A stretch of 63,650 nucleotides of DNA, counting the filler, from Octopus bimaculoides (Eukaryota): NCBI RefSeq assembly GCF_001194135.2. It is 6 parts of 5 records of this genome, joined end to end, with 100 filler letters (N's around TTAATTAATTAA, not from the genome) between each part and the next. Parts side by side here need not be neighbours in the genome. Positions count along the whole stretch, not along the records: positions 1 to 9,722 come from NC_068986.1; positions 9,823 to 35,211 come from NC_068987.1; 4 more parts are not named here. The stretch is one strand, 5' to 3'. The position numbers were made by a program, and so were the translations under genes. Positions within the stretch are counted from its first letter, which is position 1, and every line of letters starts with the position of its first letter. Below the pieces are notes generated by a model, which worked only from the letters and a program-made list of their open reading frames with translations, was not told the DNA's origin and searched no databases. This document shows, in pieces, positions 1 through 13,090 of the stretch.

Positions 1-569
1 CACACAGATACGCACAGCGTAATTTATTATATAAACAATATATGCGTATAAATTACGATTAAACAGGATGAAATATATCACAGGGAATAACATTTTTATG
101 ACCGGCCAGCAGTAAATCTATTCAGCTGAATAGACGTCAGTGATTGGTTGAAATTACAGAAATACGACAACTTTGACATGAAATAACTTGCGATGTACGT
201 TTTCTTGTTAAGAAGACTAAGAGAAAAAGATGTTTTATATGACACATTCTACCAGTGTTCCAAGTTTCAAAGTGTTTCGTTAAGAAAATACTGGTGCCCC
301 CGTTTTGAACAAGATCTGAGGTTGAATTGGATTTGAAGGTCCTACATACACCTGATCTGGGTAGGGTTAAACAACAACAACAACAATTACAAAACAGCGG
401 CAACAACAACAACAATGACGTAAGTATCTTTGTGAAAATAAAATCACATGTTCCAGTCTTAGAAAATAGGAGAAACTCCTGAGACAAATTAGTATTCCAA
501 ACGTTAAAATTCGGTTCCATATTAGATTTTGTCTTTGTCATAGATTCATACATATTTGCTTATTCGTTG

Positions 570-955
570 AATGTATGTGCGTGTGTGTATGTGTGTAAGT
601 GAGTGTGTGTGTTTGTGCGTGTGTGTGTATGTGTGTTTGTGTGTGTGTGCGCGTGTGTTTGTATGTGTGTGTGTATTTGTGTGAGTGTTTGAGTGTTTGT
701 GTGTGAGTGTTTAAGTGTGTGTGTGCTTGCGTATGTGAGTGTGTGTGTTTGAGTGTGTATGTGTGTTTGAGTATGTGTTTGTGTATTTGTGCGTGTGTGT
801 ATGTGTGTGTTTCTCTGTGTGTGTTTGTTTGTGTATGTATGTGTTGTGCGTTTGTCTGTGTGTGTGTGTTTGAGTGTTTCTGTGTATGTATGTGTTGTGC
901 GTTTGTGTGCCTGCGTGCGTGTGTGTGTGTGAGTGTGCGCGTGCGGTGTGTGTGT

Positions 956-987
<32 letters not shown>

Positions 988-990
988 TTG
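570..990. repeat. Degenerate (GT)n microsatellite
   Basis: Long interrupted TG run; source of the spurious His/Thr and Cys/Val ORFs. Confidence 0.95.
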
Positions 991-1194
991 AGAGTGCAGA
1001 AATAGAAAACAAACACTAAATAAACCGTGAACCAAGGGATCGGATGTATATATTAAAGGTATCCCAGATGGCAGCTGCACTTCAGGCGTAATATAATGAT
1101 AAATACGAGTGCGTATAACAAGGAATGGAAACACACAAAGATTAGACGAAAAGAAAGCTTATGAGTTCCTTGCAGACCCAATGCAGTATCAAGC

Positions 1195-1460
1195 GCGCGC
1201 GCAAACACACACGACGTTCATGTATAGCACGCATGGACGCACACAAGCATGCACCCACATGCACACACATATACGCACACGCACGCACGCAATGCACACG
1301 CGCACACTGACGCACACACAGACGCATACACGGACGCACACACAGACGCACGCATGGATGGATGCACGCTAGCATGTACATACACACATACACACAGGCT
1401 TACGCACACATACACACAAACACACACATACACACGTATACATATACACACACTTAATGC

Positions 1461-1509
<49 letters not shown>

Positions 1510-1815
1510 TGTCATGGATGCAAACATGCATGAATGTACACACATATAGATACACACACACACATATATACATAAATTCACATGTACGTGCACACGGACG
1601 TATGCACGCATGGACGCACGCAAGCATAGGTGGCCACACAGGCGCGCACGGACACACACACACACACACACACACACATACTGTTATATGCACACGAACA
1701 TACAAATACGCGCACGCATACATGCTCGCGCGCACATACATAGGTACATACGCGCGCACACAAGGACATATGCGCGCGCGGACGCACGCTAGTATGGGCA
1801 CACACACACTCACAC
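1195..1815. repeat. Degenerate (CA)n/(CG/CA) microsatellite block
   Basis: Interrupted CA runs. Confidence 0.9.
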
Positions 1816-2223
1816 TCAAAGAGTCCTAAATAACTACATTACAACTCAAAATACCACCTCTGTATATTAGCATACAAAAATCAGGATGTGATGCGGAATT
1901 ACGCCACATGATATTTAAAAAGAATAAACACGAACCTATACAAAGAAACTAAAACGCACACATACACACACACACACGCATACATACGCATACACACGCA
2001 TAGACAAGCACACACACGCATACACACGCATACACACGCACACACTTGAGATTACTGTAATAGTGTAATCATATTATTCTGTTACAGCACAGTCAAGACA
2101 GCGTTTACAGAACTAAAGTGCATAATTTAAGCAACTACCATTCATACCCAACAAATCTCCATTTGTACGTCTATGACTGCATATAACAATAGTCGGTAAT
2201 ATAATTCGTTTTTCTTTTGTCAA

Positions 2224-2416
2224 CTCTTTTACTCTTTTACTTGTTTCAGTTATTTGACTGCGGCCATGCTGGAGCATCACCTTTAGTCGAGCAAATCGAC
2301 CCCAAGACTTATTCTTTGTAAGCCTAGTTAGTACTTATTCTATCGGTCTCTTTTGCCGAACCGCTATGTTACGGGGACGTAACCACGCCAGCATCGGTTG
2401 CCAAGCGATGTTGGGG
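2224..2416 (-). mobile_element. tRNA-derived SINE family C, 3' half
   Basis: Reverse complement ends ...gctccagcatggccgcagtcaaataactgaaacaagtaaaagag, the same tail as the full copy at 50591-51015 and the fragment at ~10790-10856. Confidence 0.85.
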
Positions 2417-3885
2417 AGATATAATAGACACACTAACATATAAGCAACTACCAATTTGTTGTTGCAGAAAGCTCCAACCAACACAATTTCTGCTACTGAA
2501 CGTTTTCAATTTTCCAAATACTAAGACACGTCTTTATAATATTAGAGCTCTACTACTGTATCGTCAAAGTATTGAGAAAGACCTCTGTGCATTCAGTTTA
2601 TTTGCTAGAAATAGTAATTAAATTTTCCACAAATTCTTCCCTCTTGTGTCTTAAAATGAATGAATATATGTGCGAGCTCACTTCTAGATATATTTACATA
2701 TGAAAAGAAAGGTCACAGGAAAAATTCTGGCCGGGCGATAATGGTACAACAGTTAAACATTAAGAAACATGAAGCGATGGCTCTGCATGAAACCAGAAAT
2801 AAAATACTTTGAAATGTGCGTACACCCCAAAATATACTCACACACACATAAACAGACAATATGAAGCATCAAAAACTCAAGTAAATCTCAAACCATAACA
2901 GAGCTTAGTAAGAGAAACAGGAAGTCATATCATTACTCCATCCCAATCATAATAACAGTTTTGCACTAGCTTTAGATAATACACAAGTATCTTACATAAA
3001 ATGCACAGCAACAATCGAGGTAATCAATATACACGAATTACACCTTACCTGATCACCTTTCACCAAAACTATGATATCGAACCCTTTCGTCCATTAAACA
3101 TCAGAAAAGCAACGGAAATTTTTTAAAAAAATCTCTCAAAAAGAGTGAAATTACACGCAGTATTCTAAGCTATCTACATCGACTCCATTTCCCGTTATCC
3201 ACTTATACGCAAAATACTCAACATCTTCTTAAGAAGCAACACAAAACGATCGCTCCCAAATTAAATTTCAGGTCACCCACACATTTACAATCTGCAATTT
3301 ACCGAATAAAATGCTTCAAAGTTTACTTTTTCATCCATTCTTTTTTTTTTAAACCTGCATTTACACGACCTTCCTGCAGCTCCTCATAACATGCGAAAAG
3401 TATTATACATCAGAGAGTTTTACACAAACATCATCTCACAGTCGTCCAGGCATTGCTACCTTTCTACTCGAACTCTACATGAAGCAACTAGGATCTCGCT
3501 CCAGAACAGCAGACCCAAAGTAGCACCTACAAAAACCACTACCGCCCTTTTTACTAGAAACATCAGATAACATCAAATAAAAGTAGCCATATAACTCAAC
3601 AATATAAATATGTCACATAAATAGAAGACAAGATACTCGGAGTTACAAACGCTCCTTATCATTCACAGCTCAGACACAATATATAGTAAGGTAAAATGAT
3701 GAACGGACATTCACAGAACATTTACAGTTATCATTTTGGCCAAAAGGTTAAGAAAACATGGATCATTCCATTACTGCTTGGAATTCAAATCTATCTCAAA
3801 GAAAGCATTAGAAAAATCATTACCACTGTATTATAAGAGTCTACATATAAAGGATACGCGCGCACACACACATTCATTCACACTC

Positions 3886-4116
<231 letters not shown>

Positions 4117-5506
4117 TCCCATGTAAAAAAAATCCAAAAATATCAAATAGAAAAGATTACCTGGATATTCGATGCGTACAGTTTATCATTGCAGCAAACT
4201 CAAACCTTCACTGTCTTTGATACTACGAATTATCAGATATAAACTACTATAATCCCAATCAGCACAGGTACACACAAAAATAGTAGCAGAATCAATAATG
4301 TAATTAACCCAGGCACTCTATTAGGATATACAACACCAATGATAAATGCAGAAAAGTAGAAACCGTTGCGTTCGGATTGAAATCACCTTGTCCACTCTTT
4401 TCCTTCTCGTCGTTCGGCCAACTACTTACGAGCGTAGGTCGGCTCGATGAGCATTGACACAGGTGCTACACAACAACAACTGCAACATCATTCTAAATTG
4501 AACAGTGATGAAGAACGATAGCAATTGTCATCCTCTGATGAAATTCACCTTGTCTGCTTCGGTTGTTGTTGACATCAAAACGAACTGGAATGTATGGACT
4601 TACGAAAGAAGTGTTACACACTGTAATAGATATGTTACATCACTACAAGTCGGTGTGCGCAAGCAGATTTATGAATCGCACATGGCCATCTTAGAAAATA
4701 TATGCAGTCGGTTTGGTTGATTAGGGTTGAATGGAGCGACCCAACAGCAATATTAACCCGATAGAAACGCCATATTTACGAAGTAATGTACGGTAGCTAT
4801 CCTCCAAATACTATTTTTATGTCTCTGCGCTTATCCATAAAAGCCAAATCAAATTGGATGACAGAACTTTCTCAGTTATTCTACTCATAGTCTTCTCGAG
4901 ACACTAACAACAGACAGCTAGATAAGACCAATTCCATAATGAGTGCCGATACAAATGCTTAGATGTCAAAAGCAAGTAGATCTGTGATATATACCATGGT
5001 AATGTGACCCTTGTTGATAAGTTTTTGTGCGTTTAAATCAGTTTATTGTACCGCCTGTGTGTTATTAGCTATTCCTTCTCTTGTCGCTGGCTGTTGCTTT
5101 CTCTACTCATTATTCTGAATTTGATTCAAGAAGCCAGTCATGGCAATTTTCCAATGTTTTATTCAAAGTACTGTCACATAGACCTGTTCTGAGGAATTTT
5201 ATAACTAGCACTTGTGTTGGTTGTGAATACATTATTGCATGACGACGAAGCCATTAATGCTTGGAAACAGTAGTTTCTTCTCTCTATTATTTCCAGTCTT
5301 ATGAGCGTGATTGCATGTTCAAATATGCCTCATATGTTCTTTAACACATTTACTTGTAAGTTGATAATTACTTGCATGCCTAAGTTTAATCAAATTTTCA
5401 TTAGTTAACTCTGATTAGTTTTTATTTCCGGACAGAACTAATCTTACTGATAGTTCAGTTTGAGTAATAAAAATCTTTTGAGAATAATATAGATTTCAGC
5501 GTCAAA

Positions 5507-5569
<63 letters not shown>

Positions 5570-6800
5570 CACGTCATATGTACCATTTAATTAAATAAAA
5601 TGTAAGAGATCATATTTAAATGAATATTAGCGAAAATTTCTGACAACTTGTTCCCACCGCCAAAGAACAAACAAAACAAAGCCCCCCCCCCCGCGAAAAA
5701 AAAAACGCAAAAAAAACAAAATGCAAGTGTAAGATCTTATTAGCTATAGAGTAGTAGTTTAATTTGAAGTTCATATATAGCATAGTGGCGTCTGGAATTA
5801 ACCGCAGGGATTTAACTCTCTTCAAAATATATTTAATTTAAAAGACACCTATATTTGGAATTCAGGAATCATATATCAGTTTTTAAATATATATGAAATA
5901 TAATTTTAAAAAGAAGTCACCAAGGGTGCATAAAAATGTGAGACCAAAATGATAAAAGAAAGACGTTTTGTGTTTGTCAAAAATGTTTACTGCGAATGCA
6001 CTTAATTCATTTGCTATTTCACTTAGTCATGTAGACAGAAATCTTTGCGATTAGTTACCACGCTTTATGAAAATAGCACAATCTAATACTATATAATTGA
6101 GTTGCTACTATATTGTGCCAGTTGCTGCAAACCCATCCACCATGACTTACATCTTGCCGATTACAGAGTAGTGATATTCAATCTTTTTTGATTTCGTGGA
6201 GCACTGGAGATAAAACAATTACAAAGATAATTACCGGCAAACTGGAGATTACAAAATTACTGGCGCACTTCGCATTGAAAGTTAAACAATTTAAATTGAA
6301 ATATTAGAAGAAAATACAGAAAACTACTGCTTGCTTTGTTTTTATAATCATACCTATGAATAACACACTTTTCAAGATGCTTAAGCATTAATATAGATTT
6401 TCATTAGCTTTAAATGACATCTTTGAAAATCCATAGCACACCGTTTTTGAACCACATTTGTAGCGTTAGATAATTCTAATGAGTTGCCACTTGAAGATTA
6501 TAGAGCTGCAGATGTTTATTTTACGCTCTACCCGTTGTGAATTATAAATTCTGAAGTGATGATAGGTCAGCCATGATAATATAGGCATAGGATCATAGTA
6601 CATTCCAGATATCATTGTCCTGTTTTTTATTCCGTCAGTAGAACTATGCTTTCTGATATCTACTTTTTTAAACAACCAAATAAGTAATATAATAGAATGG
6701 GAACAAACGCACCTAACTTTTAGTAGCAACACCAAATAACAATGCTTTTGGAACAATAGGTTTTAATTGTACAGGTAAGATGAGCGGTCTATTAGAAATA

Positions 6801-7122
6801 TAGAGGAGCCTCCGTCTGCGAACACCTCTAGCCACGAACAAATCGGTTTACGAACAATTTTTTGAACATAAAGCGTCTCGGGTGACGAATAGTATCTCGA
6901 GTAACGAACGCGGAAGCAGCAACAACGGCTGGCGGTAAGCTGGAGAATCAGCGGGAGAGCGTCAGTTGCTGTCTAGATTTCGCTCAGTGCACATCCATGC
7001 TCGAATTCGCTGTGCCCTCTCTTGAATTGTCAATGGGAAAAAATAGTTCCTGTTTACAAACATTTTGGATGATAAACGACTTCCAGGAACGAATTAAATT
7101 CGTAAACCGAGGTTTCAATGTG
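6801..7122. mobile_element. pogo/Tigger-like non-autonomous DNA transposon (MITE), degenerate
   Basis: Right end ttcgtaaaccgaggtttcaatg is an imperfect inverted match to the left end gaggagcctccgtctgcgaa; internal gtttacgaac subterminal motifs. Confidence 0.5.
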
Positions 7123-8028
7123 TTATCATAATTTGTGAAAACCTCTAATCATTGCATTGTGCTTTATATGTAATAGTTGGAATTTCACGGATTATGGTAA
7201 TTGAGTATTTATGGCAAACACTATACAGCGTTGGGCAATTTCCTGTTGTTTATCAATGTTTCTAAAAGATTGTGTTCAAAATATATTATAGTTTTGTTTC
7301 TGTAATCAAGGATGCTTGAGTTTATCCTTTGATTAAGTTTAGGTTCAATCCTACACCCCGATTCAAATATTCTACATAACTACAGCCGGTAAGAAGTAGT
7401 CAGTACAGTCGCAGTCCTCGTTTTATTCAACGTGTTAATATGAACTTATAACTAGGCAGAATAGGAATGATACACTCATAGTATTTCAGATTTAAGCAAA
7501 GTAGTGTGTATGATATCGTGTTGAGGAGTTGATTTAGTTTGTTGTAAGATCGTATCGCGATGTTAATATTTCTGGCTTTAGGTCTTAAAGTCAACATCGG
7601 ATGTTCCTTTCACTCCTTGGCGTATTAGTTTCATGCATATAGTCATACAATGCAGGAAAATAATTAGTGTTGCCTTATTGTAAGTTGATATAAGCAGAGG
7701 TAAAAATAATGAAAGATCTGTGTAATATTGCAAACTGTAAATGTTCAACGAAACATAATAAGCTCAGCAGGGAAACAAATAATTGCTTTATATATTTGTA
7801 CCTATATGCCTTTTGTATTCTATATGTGATTATGAATTATAATACGCTTCTCTACTTCTAGCGTGATTACTATGACTTGATTATGGAAGTCTTGTCTGTG
7901 GTTGCTGTGCAAGCCTGATAACTGTAATACTTCATCTGCGATATGCAGCTGTCACTAGAAATATAATTGTAAAATAAAGCAGCAGAAAAAAATGCAAGTC
8001 TGATGCTTTTTCTCATACATTTCTTTAG

Positions 8029-8083
8029 AAATAATCAACTACCATATTGCCAAAGGCGACAGGCAAACTGGAAGTTCTCTAAA
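8029..8083 (+). CDS. Speculative internal exon (EIINYHIAKGDRQTGSSL-K) of the + strand gene
   Basis: Pyrimidine tract ttttctcatacatttctttag, donor gtcagt, phase 1->2; joins in frame to 10651. Confidence 0.3.
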
Positions 8084-8649
8084 GTCAGTATAGTGGAAGA
8101 AGATGTTCATATAATAATTGGCTACGGATCACTAAATCCCAATCATATAAATATAAAAATGAGAAAGGAGAAAAAAGACAAACAAATTAAAACTAAACTA
8201 CATAGGCTTTTCTAATCTCAAATAAGTTTCCCCCACACCCACCCACACACACACACACACACATTTATTCATCTACATGTAGTATGCTTGTGTGCGTGTG
8301 TGTTTGTGTGTGTGCGTATTTGTGTGTGGTGTGTATGCGGGTACATGTTTACAGGTAGTTGTAGTAGAATATTCAGATTAATGATTATGATGATGATGAT
8401 GATGTATAGGACTCAGGTCAGCCCCGATCGAGCATATTTATGATCAGAGACATTCCAACTATAACTATTCCATCTTTTTGTTCTCCAAACATCGTGCGTC
8501 TAGGACTACACTAACTAAAGTGGCTTCCTTTGTGTAGAACGATGGAATGTGATTTCAGAGATATCTGGCTATCATTTTAACAGGTCGGGTGACCATGTAA
8601 AGGCTATCTGTTGCTAGATTTCTATTGATAGACCGACACGCAATCTACT

Positions 8650-8895
8650 CAGCTAGTAGTGGTTAGGATGTTGAACTCACGATCGTAAGATGGTGATTTC
8701 AATTCCAGGACCGAGTGATGTGTTGTGTTCTTGAACAAAACACTTCATTTCACGTTGTTCCAGTATACTCAGTCGGCAAAAATGAGTAATCTTGCGACAG
8801 ACCGGCGTTCCGTCCAGGTAATGAATATATACGCCATGAAATCGGGAAACCGGCCCTTTTGAGTCGGTATGATTCGAGAAGGTAACTTTACCTCT
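8650..8895 (+). mobile_element. tRNA-derived CORE-like SINE family A (tail variant 1)
   Basis: Head tagtggttagg...ctcacgatcgtaag, CORE-like tgtgttcttgaacaaaacacttcatttcacgttg; tail shared with 17630-17785. Confidence 0.8.
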
Positions 8896-9823
8896 TTTTA
8901 AAAAAATTCCCTCAATAATTGTTTGCTATATAGATGTTGTATTTAAATTTGGGCTGAAATACTTAATGTAACAAGCCAAAACAAATTGTTGATTAAATGA
9001 AATGGTCAGAAAAATTCATTTGCATTAATGATAATTATTATAAAAGCAAGGGAGATAACTTCGAAATTTAAATTGATTAAAAATCATGACAAATTATTTT
9101 GCTAAATAAACAAGACCAAACACCTTATGATTATGAAAGAATAACATATTCTGAAGTAAATCATTTCTTTGAAAATCAAACTTGACGACACAATTGTAGG
9201 CATAGTGAACATAGAGCCCTTGGCATAATGAGAGAAGCAGCAAATGTAGGAGATAACACTATCGTTTCTCCAAACACTTTCTTTATTCCTATCTTGATAT
9301 GAAATTTATCAGATAGAATAGCATATACTGTTTCTGTTTATTATATTTATTGCTTGCTTTATCATAAACATTAAATGATAATGGTTAAGACAAACGTGAG
9401 TATAAGCTAAGCTATACGTATGTATGCAAGACAGTATATGTTTGTATATGTGTGTTTGTATATATGTGTGTTTGTATGTATGAAAGTGAAATTACATGTA
9501 TGCATGAATTTATGAAAGGGCTTCATGGAATCCCTCAGTATGCTAGAAACAGTAGCAAAATCTGCCACAGAACACATTGAACAGTGTAAATTTAGATACA
9601 CTGGCGTCGTAACTGGAATGCCGTTTATTATGGGACTGTTTAGTCAGTGATATATAATATTCATTATCGACAACGACCATGGCAACAACAACAACAATAT
9701 AAATATATATATACATGTGTATNNNNNNNNNNNNNNNNNNNNNNNNNNNNNNNNNNNNNNNNNNNNTTAATTAATTAANNNNNNNNNNNNNNNNNNNNNN
9801 NNNNNNNNNNNNNNNNNNNNNNA

Positions 9824-10388
9824 TATACAAATATTCTATAATTATAGACATAATTATAATCAGGGGTCAGCTAATTGCTTCACCATGCACCGAATTTAGA
9901 AATAGGAGTTAAAATACCTTTTCCGCTACCATAAATATCTCCCAGACAGTAACAGACTTTTTACGTAGGCAAAAAGAAAAAATAACGAATCCACACGACT
10001 CAGATTAGCTACATACGCGTTTCGGGATTAAAGTAAAGATATATTTACTGACTTATTTCCCATCACTTATGCGATGACGCTTGATCGCGTACATATTTAA
10101 TTCTAACACTCACAAATTTATATTTGAAATGCTGCACTGAAGATGGGAAATAAGTAAGTAAATATAACTTTACTTTAATGCCGAAACGCGTATGTAGCTA
10201 ATCTGAGTGGTGTGGATTCGTTATTTTTTTTTTCTTTTTGCCTACGTAAAACAAATGTGTTATTGTTTGGGATATATTTATGGTAGCGGAAAAGGAATTT
10301 TAGCTCCTATTTCTGAATTCGGTGCTTGGCGAAGCAATTAGCTGACCTCTTATTATAATTATGTCTATAATTATAGAATATTTGTATA
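9824..10388. repeat. Fold-back inverted repeat (~240-bp arms, 77-bp spacer) of a hammerhead-bearing repeat
   Basis: 9824-10064 is the reverse complement of 10142-10388 with scattered mismatches; left arm runs into a gap. Confidence 0.95.
10131..10198 (+). ncRNA. Minimal type-I hammerhead ribozyme motif (Penelope-like)
   Basis: GCUGCA-CUGAAGA-U-GG...CC-GAAA-CGCGUA-UGUAGC; stem I GCUGCA/UGUAGC 6 bp, palindromic helix III ACGCGU, predicted cleavage after GUA at 10192. Confidence 0.75.
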
Positions 10389-10650
10389 ATTATACCTAAA
10401 AAGGCTATTTTAACGTACCGAACTATTTGGGAAAATTATTAATTATTAATTAATTAATTGATTGATTAATTAATTAATTAATTAATTAATTAATTTTACC
10501 CTTTTATTATCATTGATATATATATATATTATCCGAAGTGTACAGTATTATATATTACGATACTACAGCTAATTTTAACAACCGGTTTCATGCCAGGGAT
10601 TCAACGGAGTGTTAAGTAACAATCTGGTTATGTAACCCTGCGCTCATCAG

Positions 10651-10712
10651 AGATAGCCGATCTGAAATTAAATATGGCCGTAATGGATATATAATAGTGT
10701 ACACTTTGGATG
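10651..10712 (+). CDS. Speculative internal exon (DSRSEIKYGRNGYIIVYTLD) of the + strand gene
   Basis: Good donor G|gtaagc but weak acceptor (catcag); phase 2->1 fits its neighbours. Confidence 0.3.
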
Positions 10713-11324
10713 GTAAGCCCACTCTGTTGACAGATATACGAGTGCGGGGTTTAAAAAAAGGCAAAACTAAGCAATGGAGTCGATTCGTTCGACTAAAATT
10801 CTTCAAGGTAGTGCCTCAGCATGGCCACAGTCAAATGACTGAAACAAGTAAAAGATATTTACTTACACTTCCTTCAAAATTGGACCATGTCAAGTCTAAC
10901 AATCCCATCCCCTAAGAGAATGTGTCCAATACTTTATATGACATATTTTGTCGTGTCATACCCCATTCAGTTTTGGGTTTGTTTTTGACCGAAATTTATC
11001 CCAGTATAGGTTATTAGTCTGTTATTCCTTAAAGATTAAGAAACTTTTTTCTCTTTTGATTTGTTTTGGGGTTATATTTGATAGAACGGGGCCTGTATAT
11101 GCATACAAAGTATCCTAAAACATATATACACATTGAATGATTATGAAGTCAGTATTTATTAAAATACATTTCATTTCAAAATTTGACAGTAACTTCAGAC
11201 GGAATTAATTTTTTCATGAACACTTGTTTCCAAACTGTCCGTTTTGGTCCAAGCACGACTCGTAACGCAGCAAAGCAATGAAATCACAAGCACCCAGAAA
11301 CATTTCATTCGGTATTTGTACGCA

Positions 11325-11402
11325 TTCTTGTTTTGCCTTCTACTCTTTCGTCGACGATAAAATAAGTATCAGTTGAGCACTGGGGTTGATATAATCGACT
11401 TA
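11325..11402 (+). mobile_element. MetaSINE-like SINE (family B) fragment
   Basis: gccttctactctttcgtcgacgataaaataagtatcagttgagcactgggg matches the core at 34450-34530. Confidence 0.7.
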
Positions 11403-11842
11403 ACTACTCTTAAGTAAGAGTACCCAAAGAAGATCTGAATCCTCAGCCAAGCCATGCCAAGCCAGTGTGCCAGAGTAGGCCCAGGAATCCAGTATGACCT
11501 GCAGCTCAAATTCACGGCCTACACATCGAACCGTGGTTGGTAGAGAGAAAACATGCCGAAGCCTTCGTCCTGTAACAGACTGAATATGGGTAATCCAACC
11601 CAATCAAGCCTAATCCAAAAGCCATTACCATTACACTCCTAATCTTTATCATTAGCAATACCATCATGACCACCAACACCACAACCATCCACCCCCACCA
11701 ACGTCGCCACCGCCGAAACTACCAGCAACGAAAATAATAGAAGAAATTCCACCTAGTCATGTGACCAGCTGGGATTTCCCCCCTCTCGTGTTATTACATC
11801 CTATCGTCTTATGAAACGATAGGGTACAATAGATATTGTACA

Positions 11843-12123
11843 TTATTTACATTATTTACATTTGACGGATATTTGTCCTCATCTTGTTTGTTGTTAACAC
11901 AACGTTTCGGCTGATATACCCTCCAGCCTTCGTCAGGTGTCTTGGGGAAATTTCGAACCTGGGTTCTCATTCCTAACGATGTTACTATTATTATATTATT
12001 ATTATTATTACTATTATTAATCAGGTCGCTGCCGTGAATCGAACTCGGAATCTTGGGGTTAGTAGCCCGCGCTCTTAACCANNNNNNNNNNNNNNNNNNN
12101 NNNNNCCACTACACCATATGCCC
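11843..12123 (-). mobile_element. tRNA-headed SINE-like element with hammerhead-containing tail, apparently full-length copy
   Basis: Minus strand: GGGCATATGGTGTAGTGG (A box)...GAGTTCGATTC (B box), (AAT)n spacer, hammerhead, (TGTAAATAA)n end; 24 Ns interrupt the head. Confidence 0.8.
11896..11941 (-). ncRNA. Minimal type-I hammerhead ribozyme motif
   Basis: GACAC-CUGACGA-A-GGCUG(10 nt)CAGCC-GAAA-CGUU-GUGUU; helix III palindrome AACGUU. Confidence 0.8.
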
Positions 12124-12375
12124 GTAGTGGTTAAGAGCGCGGGCTACTAACCTCAAGGTTCCGAGTTCGATTCACGGCAGCGACCTGATTAATAATAGTA
12201 ATAATAATAATGATAATATAATAATAATAATAGTAACATCGATAGGAATGAGAACCCAGGTTCGAAATTTCCCCAAGACATCTGATGAAGGCTGGAGGGT
12301 ATATCAGCCGAAACGTTGTGTTAACAACAAACAAGATGAGGACAAATATCCGTCAAATGTAAATAATGTAAATAA
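12124..12375 (+). mobile_element. Second, 5'-truncated, inverted copy of the tRNA-head/hammerhead SINE
   Basis: Starts gtagtggttaagagcgcg directly head-to-head with the first copy; a few substitutions between arms. Confidence 0.8.
12277..12322 (+). ncRNA. Minimal type-I hammerhead ribozyme motif
   Basis: GACAU-CUGAUGA-A-GGCUG...CAGCC-GAAA-CGUU-GUGUU; predicted cleavage after 12317. Confidence 0.8.
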
Positions 12376-12613
12376 CATAAGTAATTCCTCATCTCTTAAA
12401 TATAGAACTGAATAGATACTGTAGACCTACATAACACGTTAAAATAGCGCGAAGGTACGAACGGAACGATTTTCTATGATAGGTTTGTCCACCCAGTGTT
12501 AGCCTGGGGCTAAAAGCAGCAACATGAACAACAAAAGTCACTATCACCCTCACCCTCTTCATTGTCATTCCCGTCGTTCTCGCCGTCGTCGTTATTACCA
12601 ATTAACTTCAATG

Positions 12614-12658
<45 letters not shown>

Positions 12659-12705
12659 CCACTACAATCAATATTAACGTAATGTTTGTTCTTCTCTTCT
12701 TTCAG

Positions 12706-12777
12706 AGGATGGAGAGGAAGTAGATGCCATGAGCGATGTATATGACACAACTAACGATAAATCACTAGCAGAACGAG
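12706..12777 (+). CDS. Internal exon of an unidentified gene (E-DGEEVDAMSDVYDTTNDKSLAER)
   Basis: Acceptor ttcttctcttctttcag, donor G|gtacag, 72 nt, phase 1-1, open frame. Confidence 0.6.
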
Positions 12778-12805
12778 GTACAGTCTACACTACTACTTTA
12801 ATTTC

Positions 12806-13090
<285 letters not shown>

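Noticed and set aside
538-1829. Long His/Thr, Cys/Val, Tyr/Ile, poly-His/Met/Asp ORFs here and throughout the ORF track
   Set aside because: They are translations of microsatellites or read-through of N gaps.
2700-3700. Possible very old LINE RT C-terminal remnants (also 4860-5340, 44330-45070, 62130-62400)
   Set aside because: Only faint motif echoes with many frameshifts; class cannot be supported by eye.
4640-4760. Possible promoter (YY1-like GCCATCTT, some CpG); also CpG-rich 57180-57340
   Set aside because: Single short motifs with no supporting cluster or linked exon.
9767-9778. TTAATTAATTAA islands inside N runs (also 35256-35267, 43526-43537, 55974-55985, 61512-61523)
   Set aside because: Each is flanked by ~44 N per side to make a ~100-bp block; it is a six-frame-stop scaffolding linker, not biology.
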